DNA from: a virus
Lineage: Duplodnaviria; Caudoviricetes
Reading direction: 5' to 3' (one strand)
Virus record (IMG/VR): IMGVR_UViG_3300020109_000024
Coordinates: 1 to 53,813 of that record
DNA length: 53,813 bases
Both the position numbers and the translations under genes were made by a program. Shown here in pieces: positions 36,552 through 44,248 of the stretch. How positions within the stretch are numbered: the stretch's first letter is position 1; every line of letters begins with the position of its first letter. Under the pieces are notes generated by a model. It saw only the letters and a list, made by a program, of their open reading frames with translations. It did no database searches and had not been told where the DNA came from.

Positions 36552-36692
36552 GTGCGACGATTAGGGACTTCTGTACCCCCTCCGGGATTTCGCTGGGTAT
36601 TTTGCCGCTTCCGCCGCGTGAAGAACTCAACCCGGGTTCTTGACGCTTGGGAGTATGGCTACGAGGCCTGGGCTTTCCTGGTCCGAGCGTAA
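36552..36692 (+). CDS. Unannotated 46-aa protein MRRLGTSVPPPGFRWVFCRFRRVKNSTRVLDAWEYGYEAWAFLVRA
   Basis: GGAGGT RBS 7 nt before GTG; basic/aromatic protein-like composition; below the ORF-track cutoff. Confidence 0.7.
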   Translation: MRRLGTSVPPPGFRWVFCRFRRVKNSTRVLDAWEYGYEAWAFLVRA

Positions 36693-37428
36693 AATTCGAG
36701 GAGTCCAATTCTTTCGCATTGGCTCCACTCGTTCGGTCTAAGTCTGAGGGCGACCGCGGCACGCTTTTGCCCTTAGGCACTGTGGAGAAACTCTATCTCA
36801 GCTTTGATGCGAGGGACGGACATGACGGCTGCAAAGTTGGGCCCTGAAAGGACTGGCAACCACAAGCGCTAAAAGCGCCCACGCACAAGCTACATACATC
36901 CGCAGCTTAGGCTTGGCATTCCTATCTGCGATGTATCTGGCGGGAGCCAAGGGGTATCTCTAGCCAGAGGTAGCGCGCGTTTTAGCTCGGACCTCACATC
37001 AACTGATAGGAGTGGGGTCCGGTAAGCCGATTATATTCCGGGGCCGCGAGCATCCGCTTCCGCACCTCGGCCATGCGGTCGTCATCGCGAGCGCCGAGGC
37101 TGATAGATGACGCGCTCGGCGATCAGTTGGATGTTTTTCAGGTGGCAGCGGCTGGTGGGCATTGCTGCCCGTTCGCATGGTCGAGGCGGCTGCCTATGAC
37201 ATCGGGCCAGCGACGGGGGATCTCGCTCCACACCGTCCCATAGTTTAGCTGCGTGAGTTGCAATATGCCGCCGACTTGGCAGGTTCCGTTGGCTTAGTCG
37301 CCTTGGATCGAAATGCGTTGCTGTCGGGCGGCGCAGACGATCTACCCCGTGTCAAAACTAATCGCCGTGTCCAACACTGACTGATTTTCGCATCTTGATC
37401 CCCCCAACAGACTGGAGGGTACTTCAAG

Positions 37429-38388
37429 ATGATGCCTCGCAATCCAATTGAAGCCGATTGGCTCATTCGTTCTGCCGAAGAAGAGGCCGCGCGCGCCGAG
37501 CGCTGGGCTGCCGTAGCGCAGCAGCAGATGGCATACCAAGCTGCCATGGCGAAGGCGCACGCCGCCGACGCTGCCGGGCTCCGGGCCCTTTGGACCTTCG
37601 GGTCACTGCCCACCCCTGGATCGGTCGATCAGCCGAATCGGCCCGAGGTGGCGGTGGCCATCGAGGTGCCTGCACCCGAGCCGGTCGAGCCACCCAGATG
37701 CCGGTTCTGCGGGAAGCCGACACGGATCTGGCAGGGGAAGCCGCAAAGGTTCTGCACGTTCTCAAAAATAGCCTCTGGCTATTCGTGCTCCCATCGGTGG
37801 CGCGATCAACGCAACACGGAGCTCAGGAGGAAGGCGAAGGCGGAGGCGCAGAGGGAGAGGGCAGAGATCTTGGCAGTCGATCTGCCGGATATCGCCTGCA
37901 CCGAGGTCGCGTCGATCACATCGGAGGCTCCAACGTGCCGGCAATGCGGCAAGCCCACACGCATCTGGAGAGGCAGGCCTCAGAAGTTCTGCTCGCCACC
38001 CGCCGGCCGCACGACCTCTCCCTGCGCGTCGGCATTCCATTGCCGGGCTCAGCGGGGGCGGTCCACGCGGAGCCCGGCACAACGCGCGCGTCGGGCGAAC
38101 AAGCAGCCCGAACCGGTTCGCCCGACCGGATCGGTTCTGGCGACGGCCTCTCCACGGGCAGAGGGGCATGACCTCCTGGCGACGGTGACGCGCGCAGTCT
38201 CGGCGAGCCTGCCCGACGAACTGCGATCGGAGATCATCAGCGAGACGGTCGTGCTCATGCTTGAGGGGGCGAAGCTCGCGGATGCCATAGCCGAAGCCTC
38301 GAAAAGCGTCCGTAGGAACGCCGCACCGCTCCGCTACACCAAATCGATCGACGACTGCTTTTGGCTGGCGGAGGAGCCGTCGGACTGA
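37429..38388 (+). CDS. Tandem zinc-finger protein, paralog A
   Basis: Two CxxCGKPTR-x9-C...C units; C-terminal 85 aa shared with 44248-45516; GGAGG RBS. Confidence 0.8.
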   Translation: MMPRNPIEADWLIRSAEEEAARAERWAAVAQQQMAYQAAMAKAHAADAAGLRALWTFGSLPTPGSVDQPNRPEVAVAIEVPAPEPVEPPRCRFCGKPTRIWQGKPQRFCTFSKIASGYSCSHRWRDQRNTELRRKAKAEAQRERAEILAVDLPDIACTEVASITSEAPTCRQCGKPTRIWRGRPQKFCSPPAGRTTSPCASAFHCRAQRGRSTRSPAQRARRANKQPEPVRPTGSVLATASPRAEGHDLLATVTRAVSASLPDELRSEIISETVVLMLEGAKLADAIAEASKSVRRNAAPLRYTKSIDDCFWLAEEPSD

Positions 38389-38399
38389 GGTAAGGGCCT

Positions 38400-38760
38400 A
38401 CGGCGGCCCTGCGTCCGCTCACGACTGATGCTGGAAGCACGGCGGAGTAGAAGGCCGCGCTTCCAGTTCTAGCGTATCGGTCCGCGCCGCACGGGATGAC
38501 TCTACCGGCGCGGACGATCACCATTCGCTCGGAGTTCTGCCGCGGCGGTGCCGGTGAATTGGGCAATGCTTGTGTCCTGCCCCTGGACACGGTCAGCCAT
38601 GCTGGCGACCACCACGACGGCGGTCATGGCAACGAATTTCGAGTTGCACATCAACAACATGATCGAAAAAGGCCTGTTGCGCGTGGCGATGAGGCGGCGG
38701 AGGCAGCGGGCTTCACCCGGTCCGGCTTCATCGAGCGGCCGCTTGAGGCCGCGACGGACG
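38400..38760 (+). pseudogene. Degraded HicB-like antitoxin (boundaries approximate)
   Basis: Fragments in different frames: INNMIEKGLLR and DEAAEAAGFTRSGFIE (RHH-like); upstream AGSTAE*...LPART. Confidence 0.45.
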
Positions 38761-38907
38761 GAGGTGCGGGCGCTTGAGCGCGCCCGCCAAGGCCAACAAA
38801 ACGTCCAACATCACGTCCAACAATTGAGCGGTGACGCAATGTTTCATTGTTATATTTCAATGATATAAGACAACTTTAGTTCAGTGTTGGCGGACTCCGT
38901 CGGAGGA

Positions 38908-39564
38908 TCAGAACTCGCCGGCATCGGGGTCGTACTCCCGCTCGTGGTGGCCGAAGGCAGCGGTCAAATTGTCAGAGACTGTATGCGCGCAACAGATCGC
39001 GCAGGTCGGCGGGTACGCTGCCGCGGAAAGCACGTCGTAAGCAGCTAGGAGAGAGCCGCCCGTCGTAATGACATCGTCTACCAGGATGACAGCCCTCGAT
39101 CTCGGCCGAGAGATTAGGACCATACCCTCTGCCAGTGCTGTCCGGTCGCGCGTGCCACCAGCTGCAGCTCGTTCCATCTCCTTGCTGAAGCGCAGGATGC
39201 ACTCAACGTTGGCTTCGAGGTCCGACCCGGCCATCGCCTCTCTGACCATTTCAGCAGAACGGTAGGTTTCCGCCCTGACGAGACCATCTTTCGAGGGGAC
39301 GGGGATAATCGAAGGATCTTCGATACCGAGATGGGAGATTCGGCCCCTCACGAAAGACCCGAAAATTTCCCTGGCACGATGAACGTTTTTTGTATCGATC
39401 TCTTCGTGCGGCTTGTTCTTCCACGGAACAGTCATATAGCCGTTAATCAAGCCGCTCTTTACTGCGCGAGTGAACTTGAACGCATCCCATTGCTTCTGCG
39501 TGCGCGGAGCAAGGTTTTTATGCGCATACTGGGAATAGTAAGCGCACATGAAGTGAACGTTCAT
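38908..39564 (-). CDS. Phosphoribosyltransferase (ShosT/ComFC-like)
   Basis: IIPVPS and PRPP-binding VILVDDVITTGGSL; ATG overlaps the DprA stop (ATGA). Confidence 0.85.
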   Translation of the reverse strand: MNVHFMCAYYSQYAHKNLAPRTQKQWDAFKFTRAVKSGLINGYMTVPWKNKPHEEIDTKNVHRAREIFGSFVRGRISHLGIEDPSIIPVPSKDGLVRAETYRSAEMVREAMAGSDLEANVECILRFSKEMERAAAGGTRDRTALAEGMVLISRPRSRAVILVDDVITTGGSLLAAYDVLSAAAYPPTCAICCAHTVSDNLTAAFGHHEREYDPDAGEF

Positions 39565-40280
39565 GGGGAGCTTTTGATCGCGTCCAGCAGGTCTGCGGTC
39601 GACGTGAGAATGCGGACATTCTTGTCGCCTAGAAAGCGATTGGGCCACGTTAGGGTTGTGTCGTCAACCACTGATCGCATGATGAAGAGCCAGCGCTTCA
39701 GCCGCCCACACTCCGCCGCTTGATGCAGCGTGCCGGACGTGTCCGAAGCCTCCACGATCACCGTCGCATCCGAGATGGCAGCCATGACACGATTCCGCTT
39801 GGGGAAATTGCTGCGGAAAGTGCGCTCCCCGATCTCGAAAGGTGTCAGGAGAAGGTGGTTGCGCCAGACGGTCTCCTGAAGCTCAGAGTTCTCGGCGGGG
39901 TACGCCTTATCGAGAGGAGTCCCGATAATGCCGACCACGGAGCCATCGTGATCGATCGCGGACGTGATCGCCGCCGTATCGACGCCCTTGGCGAGACCAC
40001 TAACTACGGTCACACCAGCGGCAGCGAGTTCACGCGAAAGGCGAGCGGCACGCTTCCAGCCGGCGTCTGAAACGTCCCGGGTTCCCACGATCGACACGCA
40101 TGGGCGCTTCAGCAGATCGAGGCTGCCGGCATAGTAGACGGATGCGGAACCGGACCCATCGCCTGTTCGCAGGAGATCCATCTGCTTCGCAGCGAGCGGG
40201 GCGCGGCCGATCTCCGCCAGCAAGTCTGCCAGCCCTATAGAAGAAGGTGCGCTGGGCGCTTGGTAGCGCCGACGCGTCAT
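39561..40280 (-). CDS. DprA/Smf-like protein (ShosA-like)
   Basis: VSIVGTR, VVSGLAKGVD, FPKRNRVM, VEASDTSGTL. Confidence 0.9.
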   Translation of the reverse strand: MTRRRYQAPSAPSSIGLADLLAEIGRAPLAAKQMDLLRTGDGSGSASVYYAGSLDLLKRPCVSIVGTRDVSDAGWKRAARLSRELAAAGVTVVSGLAKGVDTAAITSAIDHDGSVVGIIGTPLDKAYPAENSELQETVWRNHLLLTPFEIGERTFRSNFPKRNRVMAAISDATVIVEASDTSGTLHQAAECGRLKRWLFIMRSVVDDTTLTWPNRFLGDKNVRILTSTADLLDAIKSSP

Positions 40281-40455
40281 CTCCCTCATTGTCGGCTCAG
40301 CGATGCTCATACAGCCAAGTTGCGCGCTCAAGCTTAACCATCCCCTAAGCTCCGCCGCCACCCGACAACCTAGTTAACAACGCGTCAGCTGTCGCGCCTT
40401 TCCCGGTATCAGAAAGCTGTTGATCCCCAACGGGTTCCAACGTTAAGCGGCCGAT

Positions 40456-40470
40456 GTTCCTGTTTTGTTC
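40456..40470 (-). promoter_or_regulatory. LexA box upstream of DprA-PRTase
   Basis: GTTC-CTGTTTT-GTTC. Confidence 0.7.
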
Positions 40471-40634
40471 TATTGCGTTAGGCCTCAGGCGACAAGTGGG
40501 CGAAAGGCGTAGATCCGCCGCGAGATGATTCGCTGAGCGCATTCCGATCGCCACAAGGCCGAGGCTCGCGCGGGGCAAGCGGCGATGGCCGCCCGACCTT
40601 GTAGCGACAGGCTCCGCTTTGCCCGCTTTCGGCG

Positions 40635-40841
40635 TTTCGACAGCGACGAAAACTTCTTGTAGAACAACGGAGGCAAATCAAACGATTTGTCGAAATATGC
40701 TCTGATCCGGCTCAATTTTGGGGAGACTCTTAATCAGCGGGTCCTAGGTTCGAACCCTAGTGCGCCCACCAAACTTCCCAAGCACTTAGCCGATACTTGG
40801 GTCGCCGTTTCGACACGGCGTCAGCGGCTCATTTCGACAAA
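40635..40841. repeat. Putative integrase arm-type sites TTTCGACA around attP
   Basis: Copies at 40635, 40808, 40832 (+) and 40688 (-). Confidence 0.65.
40725..40771 (+). mobile_element. attP core = 3' half of tRNA-Lys(CTT)
   Basis: GACT-CTT-AATC anticodon region, CTAGG-TTCGAAC-CCTAG T-arm, ending CCACCA; no 5' half; adjacent to the integrase 3' end. Confidence 0.9.
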
Positions 40842-42037
40842 CCCTCCCGCTTCGTTCTCGCCTCCAGCCGCTTGCGCGCACCCTCGCGCCGCTGCGCGGC
40901 CGTCGTCTGAGCGTAGCGGAGCAGTGCGGCCGTGGTCAGGTGACCGCTGAGCGCGCGGAGCTGCGCGTCGGTCAGGCCGGCCTCGGCGCCCTCGACGTTG
41001 CCTCCGTGGCGTAGGCCCATGAACTTCACCTCCGCGTCGATCCCGGCCGCCTCGCGGATCTCCGCGACCTGATGCCGGAAGTAGTCCGGCTGCCACGGCA
41101 GGTGCACCTTGCGGCGGCGGTCGAGCTGGTCGCGCGTGACGATCAGCGTCCCGCGCCGCGGCAGCGCATCAAGGCGCTCCGTCATTTCCGGCCAGAGCGA
41201 CGTGCCGTCCGTGTCGAACAGCGGTACCTCGACCAGTTCTCCGGTCTTGTGGTGGAACACGCGCACGATTCCCGGCGCGTCCGCTGGCCGGTAGTGCGTC
41301 CAGGCCAACCGGGTCAGGATGTCCTCCTGCCGCTGCAGCCAGAAGAACGCGATCATCGCGGCCGTACCGATCGACCCCTCCCCGGCTTTGTCGGCGGCGG
41401 CGACGAAGCGGACGAGTTCGGCGTGCGTCACCGGCCGCGTCGCCTTCGCCTTGTACGCGAGGCCCATCTTGGCGAACGGGTTGTCGAGCGGGATCTCGCG
41501 CGGCCGATCGCGGCGGGCGACGTTCCACGCTCGCTTGCAGACCGTCATCGCTAGGATGGCGGTGCGCACCCGTGCCGTGCCGTCGGCCTTGGTCTTGAGC
41601 CGGTCGTAGAGCCGATCGGCGACGCCGGGCTGGATGCTGGCGAGCGCGAGCGATCCGAAACGCCGACCGTCCTTCATCTTGTAGTCGGCCACGAGGGCGA
41701 GCGCCGAATCGTAGCTCTTGCGAGTGCGGGGCGGCCGGTCCGTGAATTTGGGCGAGGACCGGTAGATGCCGGTAAGCCAATCGAACGTGCCGACCTTCGC
41801 CGCCGCCTCTACAATGGGCGCGGTCGAGCGCGTGCGCCACGCATCGAACTGCGGGTTAAGGATCTCGTCGCAGCGCCGCTTGGCCTCGCCGTAGTCGCCG
41901 CCGAGCGATTCGAACGTGAGCGGGCACCCCCTCTTGGTCGCCCAGGTGGGCGGACCCCAATAGTAGGCGGTGGCGCCGGTCTTCAGGCGGCGGGCCACCA
42001 TCAGCTTGGGCCAGCCGACTGGCTTCGTGCGCGGCAT
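40829..42037 (-). CDS. int: Tyrosine integrase
   Basis: QRQEDI (R), HKTG (K), MGLRH, LSGH, RY catalytic pattern; next to attP. Confidence 0.9.
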   Translation of the reverse strand: MPRTKPVGWPKLMVARRLKTGATAYYWGPPTWATKRGCPLTFESLGGDYGEAKRRCDEILNPQFDAWRTRSTAPIVEAAAKVGTFDWLTGIYRSSPKFTDRPPRTRKSYDSALALVADYKMKDGRRFGSLALASIQPGVADRLYDRLKTKADGTARVRTAILAMTVCKRAWNVARRDRPREIPLDNPFAKMGLAYKAKATRPVTHAELVRFVAAADKAGEGSIGTAAMIAFFWLQRQEDILTRLAWTHYRPADAPGIVRVFHHKTGELVEVPLFDTDGTSLWPEMTERLDALPRRGTLIVTRDQLDRRRKVHLPWQPDYFRHQVAEIREAAGIDAEVKFMGLRHGGNVEGAEAGLTDAQLRALSGHLTTAALLRYAQTTAAQRREGARKRLEARTKREGLSK

Positions 42038-42297
42038 CAGATCAACTCCGCCACGTCCTCAGCGACGATCGTCGTCTCGAGCGCCAGTCCGTGCCGACGA
42101 GCGATGTCCGAATCGAGCTTGGCTCGATGCCACTTCGGCAAGCATCCCTGCTGCCGGCGCGGCCGGCAATAGATCCCGCGCTCGACCTTCGACAGGAACG
42201 CCTCGACGCTCGGCTCGTCGCAGTAGGCGGCAGCGGTCTCGGCGCGCATTTCGAGCGGCCAGGACCCCGGCGGATAGGATACGGCCCGCACCGTCAT
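42037..42297 (-). CDS. Excisionase-like protein
   Basis: WPLEMRAETAAAYC...W.RAKLD; directly upstream of int. Confidence 0.7.
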   Translation of the reverse strand: MTVRAVSYPPGSWPLEMRAETAAAYCDEPSVEAFLSKVERGIYCRPRRQQGCLPKWHRAKLDSDIARRHGLALETTIVAEDVAELI

Positions 42298-42398
42298 GCG
42301 CGGCTCCTGATGAGCGGAAGGGCTACGATGATGATGGCGGTGGCCGTGCCGGCGCTGAGCGCCGCGAGAAGGCCATGGAGCAGGTCAGCGGCGGTCAC
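42294..42398 (-). CDS. 34-aa single-TM peptide
   Basis: GTGA/ATGA coupling on both sides; hydrophobic. Confidence 0.45.
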   Translation of the reverse strand: MTAADLLHGLLAALSAGTATAIIIVALPLIRSRA

Positions 42399-42562
42399 GG
42401 CTCGGAGCCCTCTGCCGCCGCGGCAGCACGAACCGCGCGCGCGATTGCCACGCATCGAACGTGGCGCACGACGAAGCGCCCACGACGACGCTCGAAGTGG
42501 CCTTGGCCTACCTCGACGCGCTCGCCGCAGTCGGCACACGGGCCGGCGAAGCGGTTCCTCAT
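42395..42562 (-). CDS. 55-aa Cys/His protein MRNRFAGPCADCGERVEVGQGHFERRRGRFVVRHVRC...
   Basis: GGAGG RBS; ATGA overlap; CxxC...HxxC; not in the ORF track. Confidence 0.65.
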   Translation of the reverse strand: MRNRFAGPCADCGERVEVGQGHFERRRGRFVVRHVRCVAIARAVRAAAAAEGSEP

Positions 42563-42837
42563 TTGCAGGCCCCTCCAACAAGGTCCGGCTCAAGCCCGAG
42601 GTCGAAAAATCGGGTCACGAGCAGCAGGAGCAGGGACGCCGGCTCGGCCCGGCGGTAGCGGCCCTGCGCCCAGGCCAGGACGAGGCCGGGCGCCCATCGG
42701 TCGCCGGCACCGTGCGAGCCGATGCGAGCGCCATGCTCGACGACAAGGCGCACCGCGTCGTCGGATAGCAGCGCGTCCAGGCGCTCCGCCGGCCAGGGGC
42801 GGCCGTCGATATCAAAATAGGCGGCGCGGGCGGTCAC
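42559..42837 (-). CDS. Hypothetical protein
   Basis: Translationally coupled in the early leftward operon. Confidence 0.55.
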   Translation of the reverse strand: MTARAAYFDIDGRPWPAERLDALLSDDAVRLVVEHGARIGSHGAGDRWAPGLVLAWAQGRYRRAEPASLLLLLVTRFFDLGLEPDLVGGACK

Positions 42838-43262
42838 GGGTCGCCTCCCTGATTCCGGAAGGCTGCCATCACGTAGTGAAAGCCCTCAGCCTGCCCGAGA
42901 CCGGCGGTCAGGGCCTTCATCGCCCCCATGCTGCCGTTGACGTACTCGCGATCGACCTGCGCCGGCGTCGCCGTGATGCCGTGCCCGCCTTCCTGCGCCG
43001 CGCTGACGAGGCCCTGGGCGACGTAGTGCGGGGCGATCAGCACCGGCCCGCCGTCCACTTCGACAGTGCGGCACTGCGGGCCGAAGTTTTTGAGCATCTT
43101 GGCCCGCAGCTCGCGGCGGAGCGATCGAGGCAGCGCGAGCGCGGCCAGCAGGTCGTCGTGCGCGTGCCAGGGCATATCCGGGGCGTCGCCAGGGCCGCGG
43201 AAGAACCGGAACGGCTTGCCGCACACCGTGGCGACGTGGAGGGGTTGAGCGGCGGCGATCAT
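42834..43262 (-). CDS. Hypothetical protein (possibly BRO-N/antirepressor-like)
   Basis: PFRFF...DMPWHAHDDLLAAL; ATGA coupling. Confidence 0.6.
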   Translation of the reverse strand: MIAAAQPLHVATVCGKPFRFFRGPGDAPDMPWHAHDDLLAALALPRSLRRELRAKMLKNFGPQCRTVEVDGGPVLIAPHYVAQGLVSAAQEGGHGITATPAQVDREYVNGSMGAMKALTAGLGQAEGFHYVMAAFRNQGGDP

Positions 43263-44248
43263 GCCGGCTGCCCTTCGCGCTTCATCCTGCGCACCTTGGT
43301 GGCGGCGATCTCTTCGCCCTCGGCGGCAGCGATATTGCAGAACGTCTCGACCAGTTCGTCCGGCACCCATGCCGGCACATCGACCAAGCCGGTGGCGGGC
43401 GCCCTGGCGGGCTCCTCGGCACGAGGCATGGCGCGACGCCCGAGCTTGCGTGCGGCCTTGAACCACACCGCGGCCAGCCCGCGCCACACCGGCACGCGGT
43501 GGACGGCGGCGTGCTCCTTTGCGTCCTGCTCTGCGATCTTACCCGGCGATGCCTGGATCGCCCGCACGAGCGCGTCGCGATCAACCTCGGCGAACTCTTC
43601 CGTCGTGGCGAGATGCTGCAGGGCCCGGATGTGGGCGGCGGTGATCGGTGCGAGGTTCGCGTCAGCGAGTGCCCGCAGGACCCACACCGCGTCGGCCTCG
43701 TCCTCTGCCGCCACGAGCGCCCGCACCGCTGCCACAGCGATCGTCGTGCGGAGCTTGTAGACCCCGCCGGCGGGTGGGATGCGTAGGACGGTGACGTCCG
43801 CAGCCTCGCAGATCCGGGCCACGCGCAGCGCGTCCTCGTCGCCGGCCGCGACGGCGGCGGCGTGCATCTGCACGGCGGTGATGCCGAGGCGGTCGCGGTT
43901 GTGACCGATGAACGCCTGGGCGCGATCGACCTGTGCCTCTGCCTGGACGACCACGACCGGGATCTCGGCGATGCCGCCGTGCGTCTCGGCGGCGATGGCC
44001 GTGTGCTGGCCGTCGATGACCTCCAGGCCCTGTTCCGTCCGCGCGGTCACCGGCGGCTTGAACCGCCGCCAGTCCCAGCCCTCGACGATTCGCCGGATCA
44101 ATCGAATCGACTGTTCCGAAAGGTCGCGCTGGTACGTCGCATCGATCAGCAGCTCGCCCGGCTTCACCCACACGATTTCGGGTTTTCCGGTCGGCGGCGT
44201 CCCGGGCGCAGCGCCCGGCAGGTCGAGAGCAATAACGGAACGCTTCAT
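43259..44248 (-). CDS. ParB/Srx-like domain protein (DUF6551-like)
   Basis: IDATYQR...VIDGQHTAIAA. Confidence 0.8.
   Translation of the reverse strand: MKRSVIALDLPGAAPGTPPTGKPEIVWVKPGELLIDATYQRDLSEQSIRLIRRIVEGWDWRRFKPPVTARTEQGLEVIDGQHTAIAAETHGGIAEIPVVVVQAEAQVDRAQAFIGHNRDRLGITAVQMHAAAVAAGDEDALRVARICEAADVTVLRIPPAGGVYKLRTTIAVAAVRALVAAEDEADAVWVLRALADANLAPITAAHIRALQHLATTEEFAEVDRDALVRAIQASPGKIAEQDAKEHAAVHRVPVWRGLAAVWFKAARKLGRRAMPRAEEPARAPATGLVDVPAWVPDELVETFCNIAAAEGEEIAATKVRRMKREGQPA

Noticed and set aside
36409-36780. 123-aa minus-strand ORF as the IrrE-module effector
   Set aside because: Low-complexity, not protein-like; the plus-strand 46-aa ORF has a far better RBS and context
37371-38890. 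10-bp inverted repeat CCAACACTGA/TCAGTGTTGG flanking zinc-finger paralog A as transposon ends
   Set aside because: Does not extend, no transposase present, and roughly one such match is expected by chance in a region this size
40700-40771. Second complete tRNA gene
   Set aside because: The 5' acceptor strand and D-arm are absent; it is the attP core
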